Under the pieces are notes generated by a model that was given only the letters and a program-made list of their open reading frames with translations, did no database searches and was not told the origin of the DNA. This document shows positions 46,842 to 60,119 of a stretch of DNA of 64,000 nucleotides, piece after piece. How positions within the stretch are numbered: position 1 is the first letter of the stretch; each line of letters opens with the position of its first letter. Source of the DNA: Octopus vulgaris (taxonomy: Eukaryota); contig OX597821.1 of the NCBI GenBank assembly GCA_951406725.2, forward strand, positions 117,490,001 through 117,554,000, read 5' to 3'. The position numbers and the translations under genes are program-made.

Positions 46842-48374
46842 GTATATATATATATGTATATATAAGTATATTATATATATATATATATAAGTATATTTAT
46901 GTATATGTGTATATATATATATATCTTTATATATATATGTATATATAAATATATATATATATATATATGTATATATAAGTATATATAAGTATATTTATGT
47001 ATATGTGTATATATCATCATCATCGTTTAACGTCCGTTCTCCATGCTAGCATGGGTTGATATGTATATATATGGGTTATGAGTAGTAATGGTGTTAGTGA
47101 GACCCAAAGGTGTCAGGTAATGCTAATAAGTGCTATAGACAGACCATAGTTAAGTTCCGGGTTCGGTGATTATGCGAATAAGGGGTCCAACTTAGGTCAT
47201 ATATCAGCGTGTGTATATAACATTTTTTTTTTCCGTAATGAGATAACAAACTAAGGCTGTGTAGATTTTAGAATATTTATAAATATTTATAAATGTTCTA
47301 AAATCTACACAGCCTTGGTTTATTATCTCATTATGGAAAAAAAAAATGTTATACCATCATCATCATCGTTTAACGTACGCTTTCCATGCTAGCATGGGTT
47401 GGACGATTTTGACTGTGGGCTAGCGAGCCAAATGGCTGCACCAGGCTCCAATCTTGATCTGGCAGAGTTTCTACAGCTGGATGCCCTTCCTAACGCCATT
47501 AAATATCTTTTATTGTTTGTCTTTTACTAGATTCAGTCATTAGACTGTGGCCATGCTGGGGCACCACCTTGAATGATTTTATTTCAATGAATTGAGCCTA
47601 GTACTTACATTTTTAAAAACCTGGCCCTTATTCTATTAGCCTCTGTTATGGAGGATATATAAACAAACCAACACCAGTTGTCAAGTGGTGGTGAAGGACA
47701 AACACAGACACAAAGACATGAACACACGCACACACACACACACACAAACACACAAAGGGCTTCTTCCAGATTCCATCTACCAAATGCAACGAGAAGGCTT
47801 TAGTTGGCCTGAGGGTAGAGTAGAAGATGCAATCCAGAGGTGCCACACAGTGGGACTGAACCCGGAACCGTGAAGTTGGGGAGTAAAATTGTTACCATAC
47901 ATCTACTTCTGCACACCTATATAACTACTGGTAATTTACCTGATTAATTTCAGGGGCCATATTAATACAAATGTTTTCCTATATGGTTCCAATTAATCCA
48001 TATCACTAATTATGCATCATTTAATACTAATGATTATAAATATTAATTATTTTTTAATATTAATTTATTCAATATTAATTATAATTAAAAAATTAGCTTA
48101 ATCACAAAAATGCTATTCTTACCTGCATCACACATTGTAGTGGACCCTTCAATAAACTTGGAGCCATCAGGACATGCGCACCGATAACCCTTTGGAATCA
48201 GGAGGCAGAGGTGGCTGCATGTCTTTTCTGAAGCACATTCGCTTGTGACTACACAAAACAAACACAAAATAACAAACGTCTGTATGTAACTAGAAGCTGA
48301 TTTATATATAAATAAATGTTGGTTGGTTGAGTGATTCCTTCTGACTTGCATTACATTGTATAGAAAGAAGAACA

Positions 48375-48437
<63 letters not shown>

Positions 48438-48614
48438 GAGAGGGAGAGAGTCAGCATGAGGAGTTCAAGATGAGCATGCATGCTAGGCTTGGTGACAGGC
48501 AATGAATAAAAAAACCCACTATGCATACATACACAGTGAAAGAGAGAAATTCAGGGAAGATGGAGGAGAGAGAGGAAGAGAGAATGGAAGGGAGAGAACA
48601 GGGAAGGAGGGAGG

Positions 48615-48681
<67 letters not shown>

Positions 48682-51600
48682 CATAAAGAGTTCAAGATGA
48701 GTGTACATGTTAGGCTTGGTGACAGGCAATGAATAAAAAAAATCCACTATACAGACATACACAATGAAAGAGAGAAATTCAGAGAGATGGAGGAGAGAGA
48801 GAGAGGAAGAGAGAAGGGGAGGGAGAGAGGGAAGGAGGGAGGGAGGGAGGGAGAGAGAGAGATGGAATAAGATAGAAAGAGAGATCACTTACCTTTTGGA
48901 TACTTGTATGGTGGGAATGCAATTACACTGCTTGGAGAAAAGAGTTGGTCTCTCAGAGTAACATTTATACCTCGTCCAAATTTATCCATTTGCATCAGTT
49001 TGCCTTCATTTTGGGACACCCAGTATATTTCACTTTCATACAGGTCAATACTCACTGGGTTAATTGCTGAAATGACAGATTACAATATACATATACGTAT
49101 ACATATATACATACATATATATATATATATTTACACACACACACATATACATATATATCATCATCATCATCATCATCATCGTTTAACGTCCGCTTTCCAT
49201 GCTAGCATGGGTTGGACGGTTCAACTGGGGTCTGGGAAGCCCGAAGGCTGCACCAGGCCAGTCAGATGTGGCAGTGTTTCTACAGCTGGATGCCCTTCCT
49301 AACGCCAACCACTCCGAGAGTGTAGTGGGTGATTTTATGTGCCACCGACACAGGTGCCAGACGAGGCTGGCAGACGGCCACGCTCGGATGGTGTTTTTTA
49401 TGTGCCACCGACACATATATATATATACATAATTTTAAATAAGCAAACAATTAAAAAACAGAGAAAGAAAGGGAAAAAAAACCGAATGTGCGGATGTGCC
49501 CAAGAAGTATATTAATTTGACGCTCGGTGAAGGGAGAAAGATGGTTCAAAATGTACAAAAAACAGGAAAAAAAAAGCCCAGAAGACTGAGACAGTTCTGG
49601 GAATGACAACGGGTATATGTTTGATGCTCAAGAAAAATGGAATAATCTTTGATGTTTTGAACCTGTGCTCTTCTTCAGAAACAAATGAGGAAAGAAAACA
49701 AAGGAGGGTGGAATAACAATATATCATATATATATATATGCTGGTATGTTTATGTCTGCATAACTTATTCTATCGGCCTCTTTTGCTGAACCACTAAGTA
49801 CTAGGCTTACAAAGAATTAGTCCTGGGGTTGATTTGCTCGACTAAAGGCAGTGCTCCAGCATGGCCACAGTCAAATGACTGAAACAAATAAAGAATAAAG
49901 AGAATATGTACACACTGTATTTGATGCCATGCAAGATACACCTTTTTCCCCAAAAAATTTGTCTCAAAAAATATCCCCATTGAACCCAAGTTAGATCACG
50001 CATAAGTTTTAATGCACTAAAAGCTTCTTTACCTGAATATGCACTGCTGAAATTAGGGTACCCATCAAATGTACCCATGCATTTTTTATGCCTTCAAATA
50101 GTGTACATACCTCATTGTATAGGAAACAAAATTGATTTACTCTATGAAAAAAGATTTATTTGTGGCTGTGTGGTAAGAAGCTTGCTTCCCAACCACATGG
50201 TTCCAGGTTCAGTCCCACTGTGAGATAACCATCATACTGTTCCGTTTATTCTTTGTGGAGTTTTAGAAATGGTAGCACCTTAGACCAAAAGTGTCTCTCT
50301 TTTACTTCTTTTATTTATCAAACTGTGACCATGCTGGGGCAGTGTCTTAAGGATAAAAATCCATCCAGTTAGGTGGATGGATTTTATTTGAACCTGTACT
50401 TAAAGGTGGTGGAAATTAAGCCATTGCTCCCATTTAACATTCCAACTGTCCCTCAAATACTTTTAGCAGAATCCACTATTGTGAACATTCAGACCAGATT
50501 AAAGGAGGCCCTGTAAAAAGACCTTGGGTACTGCCCCTATCCCTTGCCCCTTCATAAGCAAAAATAAATAAATCTGATACCATTTCCAATAACAACCACT
50601 TGGTCGGTGCCATCCGGTTTCATTGACAGGATTCTGTTGAATTTGGAATCAGACCAGAACACACGATTGTTCATGAAGTAATCGATGGCAATTCCACTTG
50701 GTCGTGCCAGTTCTTTGCTCACTAGAACCTGTCTTCTCTCACCAGTCATCCAAGACCTTTCTATCTTTGGGTTGTAACTGTTTATATCTGTCCAGTACAT
50801 CCAGCTGAAAAAGTGCATGGGAAACAAGCATAAAAGTTATGATGATGACGGGAGAGAGAGAAGGAAGAGGAAGAAGCATACTCACATGCATGGAAATAAA
50901 GAACACTGGTGGAGCATTCGAAGGAAAACAGCAACCTGGCATAACCCTAATGGGTCACATACAATTATAATCCATGGGAAGCAAAAATGATGCCATGATG
51001 AAGAGATCAACTGATCAGTGCATATGAATATTTCATCAAATATTGGGGGAGTTAGGAGCATTGATGGAGAACTAATGGAAAATATGCAACTATTAAATCC
51101 AGGTGAGGAATTTTTGTTTCTACCTATTGTCCTCCTTGCATTGGGTTACATAACAACAGAAAATCCCTAGAAATGCTGGGGTTTCCCAAGAAAGTACAAA
51201 GCAAACTGATTCACACCCCTTAAACACACCCGGTTAGTGGCACAGTGGAAATTTGCAGGTGATTTATTTATAGTGATCAAACATATATGAGCTGTACTTT
51301 AACTCCCTCCCTTCATCGAATTGACATTGCTTGTACAGGTGCGCAAGTGTGCTTGTACAGGTGTGTAAGTGTGCCTGGACAGGTGTGCAATGTCAGACAA
51401 TGAAGTGATTGCAGAGCAACGTGAAATGGTGAAATGAAGTGTTTTGATCAACAAGAATACAACAGGAATTGAACCCATGGTGCTGTGACTGTGAGTGAGT
51501 GCCATTTTCTAAATGTTTGAAGTGCCATCCCCTAAATGCTTGAGTGTCACAAGTGCCATTCCATAAAGGTTTGAACATTCTCTAAATGTTGAAAATGGCA

Positions 51601-53264
51601 ACAAAGACAAGTTTCATGGCAAGACACTATAAATGCTACATGGCCAAAATGTTGTCACTTGTCATCACGTCTGTGAGACACAACATCCAAAGATCATATT
51701 TCATCACCTCGTTCCACATCTTCCTGGGTCTACTGCTTCTTCTGGTTCCCTGCACAGTTAGTGATTGGCACTTCTTTATGCAGCTGCCCTCATTCATAAG
51801 CATCACATGTCCATACCAGTGCACTCTCCTCTGTTGCACACTACATTTGGTGCCTCCTATATATCTGGTGCCTCTTATACATCTGGTACCTCTTGTACAT
51901 CTGGTGCCACTTGTACATCTGGTGCCTCCTATATATCTGGTGCCTCTTATACATCTGGTACCTCTTGTACATCTGGTGCCACTTGTACATCTGGTGCCTC
52001 TTGTACATCTGGTGCCTCTTGTACATCTGGTGCCTCTTATACATCTGGTGCCTCTTCTACCCAGTTTTTCTCCTGAGACACACTCTGTCGTACATGCACA
52101 CTGACATTGCACATCCAGTGAAACACACCAGCTTCATTTCTTTCAAGCTTTGCCGGCCCATGCAGTCACAACCCATGTTTCACAGACATGTAGCATGGCT
52201 GGTCACACATAAGCACCATAAAATCTGCCTTTCACTCTGCAGGAGAGGCCCTTCATTACCAGCAAAGGTAGAAGCTCCCTGGACTTTGCCCAGCCGAGTC
52301 TTGTTCTGGCAGCTTCATTCTCAGAGCATCCCCTTCACCTGATGACTGTCCAATCGCAATCGTCTTTATGTGCAACAATAAATATTTCAGTCAAATGTTC
52401 ATGGATTTTGCTTCCAATTATTCACACAACCAATAAAATACATGTTTGTTCACTAACTCAACAATTACAACCCAACCACCAATGGTAACATAAGGGTCAC
52501 AACCAACCCCACCATCTGTAAAAGCAAAATAAAACATGTTTGCTATAACTGATCAACATGATCCATATGTCACTAAGCCAATGACAAAACATTCTGATGA
52601 AATATGTGAAATCATTGATATATGAAAAAAAAGAAAGAGAAAATCTTTATGTTTGCAAATATTCCAGTCAAAATTAGTGTTGTCTTTGAGGTTGGTGTTT
52701 CGTTATGGCTTCAAAACAGGGCAGGTGAAAATACCTGAAGAATATAATGAGTGATCAATAATGTGTCTCTTGAATGAACATGCCTACCCAGTCTGTGAGT
52801 TAACGACAATAGCATAAGGTCTACGAAGTTCTGTTTTGATTAAAGTGTATCTGTATCTTCCATCTTTAGCCGCCACAGATATTGTTTTCTTTTTGGAGTC
52901 GGTCCAGTAAACATTCCTGTTATAAAAAGAGGAAAATATGAAATTAACATTATTGCTGCTGAAGTTATTGAGAATTTATCAGGAATGATAAAAGTCAAAG
53001 AAAAGAATAAATGGCACCTGCTTATCAAATTAAAATAAGATACGACCATTTAGTTAAGAAGATTGTTTTTGTGTGTATTCCTGGCTTCTATTCCTCAATC
53101 ATGGCATCAGATGGACTGCTGCTTTGAGAATGGAATTTTGTTGATAGACACTTGGTGAAAGGTCTTCATGCACAAATACACACATATGTACACACACACA
53201 CACACATAGTGGGACTGAACTTGGAACTGTGTGATTGAGAAGCAAGGATCTTACCACACAACCA

Positions 53265-53321
<57 letters not shown>

Positions 53322-53887
53322 TGTCAGTAAATCATAAATCTGAAAGAGAACCCACACTCTAAGTCATAGAGCAGTACAGTATTTAGATAAAGTTAGTTAT
53401 GGATGGTTCATTGGCTTACCCAGATTTCACATCCTACAAAAGTGCTTAGCTTTACATACAGCTTGTCAGACCCTAATGGCCAGCTATTAGGATCTGACAT
53501 AAGGTAGGTCTGACATATATAACACAAGTGAAAAGGTGGGGGTGGGGGAGAGAACTAGAGATCACATGTCACTTTCTGTCTTTTCTCTAGACAAAGGCTT
53601 TTGGTTCATGCCTTTTTGTATGTGTTGTGACTAATATATAAAAGATAAAAGATATATATAGGCATCATAATCATCATCAACATCATCATCTTCTTTCAAT
53701 GTTTATTTTCCATGCTGGCATGGGTTGGATGGTTTGACAGGAGCTGGCAAGCTGCAACTGGCCCCAATTGTCGGTTTTGGCAAGGGTTCTATGGCTGGAT
53801 GCCCTTCCTGATGCCAACCACTTTATTGTGTACAGAATGGTTTCAACAAGGTATCAGCATATATACGTACATATATATATACATATA

Positions 53888-53935
<48 letters not shown>

Positions 53936-53954
53936 CATGTTTATATATATATAT

Positions 53955-53993
<39 letters not shown>

Positions 53994-54010
53994 CATGTTT
54001 ATATATATAT

Positions 54011-54067
<57 letters not shown>

Positions 54068-54272
54068 TTTATATATATACACACACACATATACATATAC
54101 TTGCAGTAGTAGGAGTGCTAGGCAGTAATTAGAAATAAACAAACTTTAGGTTTGTTCCAATACGTTTGTGACATATCTTAACCTCTAAAGGCAAATTTGC
54201 TGCATTTTAACCAAGGAGTTCACCAGGGAAGACACTGAGCAGATAAGACATTCTTACTCCTTTTACCATCAC

Positions 54273-54305
<33 letters not shown>

Positions 54306-57128
54306 TTAACACCCGTTGTTCATGTTGGCATGGGTTGGGTGGTTTGACTAGGCTGGCACTCTTGACGGCTGCACCAGACTCCAGTCTTATTTGGCATAGT
54401 TTTCTATGACTGGATGCCCTTTCTAATGCCAACCACTCCAAGAGTGTAATGGGTGCTTTTACGTACCACTGGCACAGGTGCCATTTGCGTGACACTGGTA
54501 TCTGCCACGACTGCGATTTTGCTCAGCTTGATGGATCTTCTTCTCAAGCACAACATAATGCCAAAGGCTTTGGTCATTGCTTCCATGAGGCCCAACACTT
54601 GAAAGGAGCTTGGCCACTTTGTCTCCATGAGTCCCACTGTTCGACAGCAACTCAGCCACCTCACCTCTGTGAGGCCCACTTGAAAGGAACTCAGCCACTT
54701 TACCTCCATAAGGCCCAACATTCAAAAGGCACTCAGTCACTTTGCTTCCATGAGGCCCAACATTGAAAGGTTGATTTTTTTTTAATTACATGCCACCAGC
54801 ATGGGTGCACTTGGCTTGATGGGTCTCGGTCACTAGTCATTGATTCTGTGAGGTTCAAAGTTCGAAGGTCATGCTTCACCATCTCATCCCAAGTCTTCCT
54901 GGGACTACCTCTACCACAGGTTCCCTCTACAGTTAGAGAACAATGTTTCTTTACACAGCTGTCCTCGTCCATATGTATCACATTACCATACTAGCACAGT
55001 CATCTCTCTTGCGCACCACATCTGATTACTCTTATGCTGAAGGATTCTTCTCCATGGTAAACTGCAGTGAAATTGCCTTTAGAAGTGAAAATGTGTCAGT
55101 TAAAATATATTTTTGAACGAATCTAATCTCTGCTTAGTGCTGCTACTATTGTATCTGCTCTGGCCTGGTGCTTGGCTGGTCTAAGATAAAGCTATGGCTT
55201 TCTAATCTGCCCAGGGTTATCTCTCTTTGGTATCTCCTTCTGAGGAAGGTTAGGGTGCTAGAAACGCCTCTAGGAATTTGTTAGAAGGAGACACCGAGCA
55301 GATAAGGTGTTTTCACACCATTTACCATAAGCAAGAATTTTTTCTCCATGTCACAAACATATTTGAACAAATCTAAATTAACACACACACACACAGATAC
55401 ATATATGTACACACACAAACATGTATGCACCTATACATATATATATATATATATATATAAATATATAGTTTTTCAGTTTCCATTTAGCAAATCTACTTAC
55501 TAACCTCAAGGCTTTGGTCAGCCTGGGCCTAAAGTAGAAGACACTTGCTCAAGGTGCCACACACACACGCACATACACACACACACACGCACATACACAC
55601 ACACACAAACTCACACACACACACACACAAACTCACACACACACACACGCACACACACACGGAGTTATTTTGTAAACGCAAAACCAAATTTTACAGAAAT
55701 AATGAAATAATGAATAAGAAATGGCTATAATATTATTTACCCTGATGTCCAGTCGATGGAAATGCCATTTGGTTCGTCTAGATTACTGATCTTCAGGTCT
55801 TGTGGGATTCCAACATTATCAGATTTTTGAGAAATATAAGAACGCATCACTGTTTTGCTGATCATATCTGTCCAGTAAAGGGTTGACCGTTCAACGTCGA
55901 CCGCTAAACCCTGCGATTTTTGTATGGAGAGTAAGGTGCTCATGTATTCTTTGATTATGGGGTCAAATCTTCGGATGCCGCTACCCACAGACATGAAGAT
56001 GCTTATTTTGCCTTCCTCTGTAAAAAAACAACAAAAACACCATCAACATCATCGTTTTAACTCTTTAGCATTTAACTGGCCGTATCCGGCCCAAATATTT
56101 AAATTGGCCAAATCCAGCCCCTCACACCTACCCTACAATGTCATTCTGAAAATAAACAATTATATCCTCAGAATCTCAAAGCTATGAGATAAAGCAGGAT
56201 TAATTCGAAACAATGTGACTAAATAAGTATTATATTTGACAGATTAATCTGAATGCTAAAGGGTTAATGTCCACTTTTCCATGCTGGCATGGATTGGACA
56301 GGAATTTGTTGAGGTGAATTTTCTATGGCTGGATGTCCTTCCTGTTGCCAACCCTCACCTGTTTCTGAGTAAAATAATATTTCCTCATGACCAGACATGT
56401 ACTTGCAGAAAACTGGATACAAAGGTCCCCGTGTGGATGGGATAGACAGGATAAAGATCCTTGCTGAGTCAGATACACTCATGAGGGTCGGTTTCCCAGT
56501 TCCCATGGTGTGTATACTTCTCACCTGGATTGGACACTGGTCTGTTGCAAGATAACTCACTTTTGCCAGCTGAGTTGACTGGAGCAACACAAAATGAAGT
56601 GTCTTGCTCAAGAACACAATGCGTTGCCCAGTCCAGGAATCGAAACCACATTCTTAGGATCATGAAGCCACAATCTCATAATCATATAATCACACACACA
56701 CACAGGTATGTTAATTTACTTACTTGTGTATTTACATTTGGGAGTGGGTAATAAAGGATCTTGGAACCCTTCGTGGCACAGGCATTTGTAGGAACCCTTT
56801 ATGTTGTTGCAGAGCTGAGGACATTTGTTATTTGAAAGTTCACACTCGTTAACATCTGAAAAAGAGAATTTCCAATTTAAATCAATGCCTTACGGTTGCC
56901 TTACTTCCATCTTGATTCTGTTTTATGTCTGTAGAAAGTGGCAGAAAGTTAAAGACCTTGACAATCATCCTCCTCTGCATCATCATCACCATCACCATCA
57001 TCCATTATCATCAACACCACCACCTTCATCATCACCATCATCCATTATCATCACCACCACCACCATCACCATCATCCATCACCATCACCACCACCACCAT
57101 CATCATCACCATCATCCATTATCATCAA

Positions 57129-57163
<35 letters not shown>

Positions 57164-57376
57164 TCATCATCTGTCACCATTACCATCACCATCTTCCTCC
57201 TCCGCATCATCATCAGCATCACCATCACCATCCCCCCCACCATCTTCCTCCTCCTCTTCCTCCTCCGCATCATCATCACCATCATCCATTATCATCACCA
57301 CCACCACCATCACCATCATCCATCACCATCACCACCACCACCATCATCATCACCATCATCCATTATCATCAATACC

Positions 57377-57410
<34 letters not shown>

Positions 57411-59398
57411 TCATCTGTCACCATCACCATCACCATCTTCCTCCTCCGCATCATCATCAGCATCAGCATCAGCATCACCATCCCCCCCACCATCTTCCTC
57501 CTCCTCTTCCTCCTCCGCATCATCATCACCATCACCATTATCAACCTCATCCTCATCCTCATCGTGGTCGTTGTCGTCATTGTCCTCATCATCATTTCCG
57601 TCATCATTGTCATCATCATCAACACCATCAAGACGGGATAAAATACTTTTGTGGTATCTCTGTTGGCCCTTCAACTCCAACGGAAGATTCCTCTCTTAAT
57701 TGACATTATAACTACAACATCCACAAGAATTTAGCAAAGCAGACAATTTCTTTCTACAAATGGTTCAAAACTGTTCGAAGAACAAAATGTAAAATACAAA
57801 GACAGGTGAGGGAACCCCAAAGACAGGTGTATTATTCTACCTACCCACGCATTCTTTTGTCTTTCCATCTTTCATTTTGAAACCGCTTCGACAGGAACAT
57901 ATCATACCACCTCCTTCGAGATCCGTGCAATTGTGGGGACACCCTCCATTATCAATGCTGCAGTTGACGGCACCAGCATTTTTAACTGTAGAACATAAAG
58001 AAATATACAAGTTATAGATAAGCTTTCCAAGATCCCACCTGGAGTTTTTATATAATTATTATTTAATATAGTAAAGATTACTATAATCTTTACTATATTA
58101 AATATAACATGGCAGTCCTGGTTTAGGACTAATGTTGCTGTAATTTAGCCCCAGGAGACATCGTCTCCAGCTGGCTATACGACACGATCTGTGTCCAGGA
58201 CTGCCATGTTACGTTGGCGTACCCCAGTAATAAAATCACATAGACACACACATGTACACACACAACACCCTGACAAATACCAATCACACACACAAACACA
58301 CACACACAAGACCAGGACAATTATAACAGCACAAACATACTCAGACAGAGACAAACACACACACTCATGTACACACACACACTCACATACACACACATAA
58401 CATCCCCACCAACACAAACATACACATGCACCCACAGATGCACACATACACACACGCGATCAAACACATACACACACATGCGCACACACAACACCCTAAC
58501 AAATATTAATCACACACATACACACATACAAACGTGCACACACACACACACACACCATCCTACCAAATATAAAACACACACAGACACATTTACACACACC
58601 ACAAACTCAGGGACCAATCAAAAACGGCTCCCACACACAAACACATGTATATACACACGCACATGGAGACGTACACAGACACACAGACACACACACACCA
58701 TTCTGACCTTTAAGACCAGTCCCCCAAACCACTGAACCATGACAGACTAGCCCAGAAACAAAAAATTCTTTTAATTGCACACTGCTCTTCCTTCCACCCA
58801 CCCCAACCAATCCTCCACACTGTCCCTTAATATAGTAAACAATCCTTAGCTACACACAAAATAAAAAATGCTAGAAAACAGGTTGGTTCATCTCATATTC
58901 TTTGTAAACTCTTAAATATATCTGTTTATGTGTGTATATATATATATATATACTATACCAAACAAACATGATTTTTATTGAATTCCTAATACTTTTTGTT
59001 GAATATTTTCTTAAATATTCTTGTTGAGGGTTGCTTGGTGAAAAATAAAATGATACTTACTGCATCCTATTTCGTCAGATTTATCTGCACAGTCAGCTAT
59101 TTCGTTGCACACTTTGAATGAATCGATGCACTCTTTACTTGTACACTTGAACTGATCTTGTTCACATATTTCTTCCTTCGGTTTGCCTAAGGAAAGCAGA
59201 TTAATAATGGTTTAATGAAAAATCACTGCAGTTTTGCTATTTACTGGAAGTCTTGGTGGCTCAATTAACAAATGGCTTTTAACATGGAGCACAGTGAAGT
59301 TTGGAAGTGGAGATGCTGCGTTATTCAGTTGCCCACACATACTCCACCTCCTCCTCCTCCTTCTCACCACCACCACCACCACCACCACCACCACCACT

Positions 59399-59434
<36 letters not shown>

Positions 59435-60052
59435 TAACATACATGTTCCCTGCTCAAAGGAAGCAAACAATTTGACAGAGTCATGTGCCTGTACCAATGC
59501 CTTCTTTTTGGCATTCTTTCCTTCCTGCCGCCAACCATTCCACAGAGTGAACTGGGTGCCTGTTTTCCTGTGACAGCAGCACCAGTGATGCTGTCTTATA
59601 AATGGACAAGGCTGCCAAGGGCTTAAAGTAGTTTGTATAATGAAAGGAGAAGAGGAGAGAGTGTGAACAATGATATGGGGCAGGGGAATGAGGGAATGGT
59701 AAGAGGGGAAGCTGGGAAAGTTTGACAGGGTGGGAGGACAAGAATTAGTGATAGTATTGAGAGAAAGAGAAAGGGCATAGAATTGGAAGGGTGACAGAAT
59801 GGGTGGGTGGGCCTAGGGTATCCAACATTTACAGAGCAAGTACAGGTGTATCAAATACCATAGAACATAAGTTCTTGATGCAATATAGGGATAAGCATGT
59901 CTGGGCAGAAGGAGGTTTGCTTCCCAACCACATGGTCCCAGGTTCAGTCCCAGTGCATGACATCTTGGGTAAGTGCTTCTACTATAGCCTTGGGCCAACC
60001 AAAGCCTTGGATTTGGTAGATGGAAACTAAAAGCAGCCCATCATACATATTT

Positions 60053-60119
<67 letters not shown>

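Noticed and set aside
55233-55291. CTGAGGA...GAAAC hammerhead-like motif
   Set aside because: Stem I register does not fit the cleavage site and stem II is weak; kept only as a degenerate remnant
56825-57703. His/Pro/Ser-rich ORFs of 238-292 aa
   Set aside because: Trinucleotide array in an LRP2 intron; open in several frames by composition
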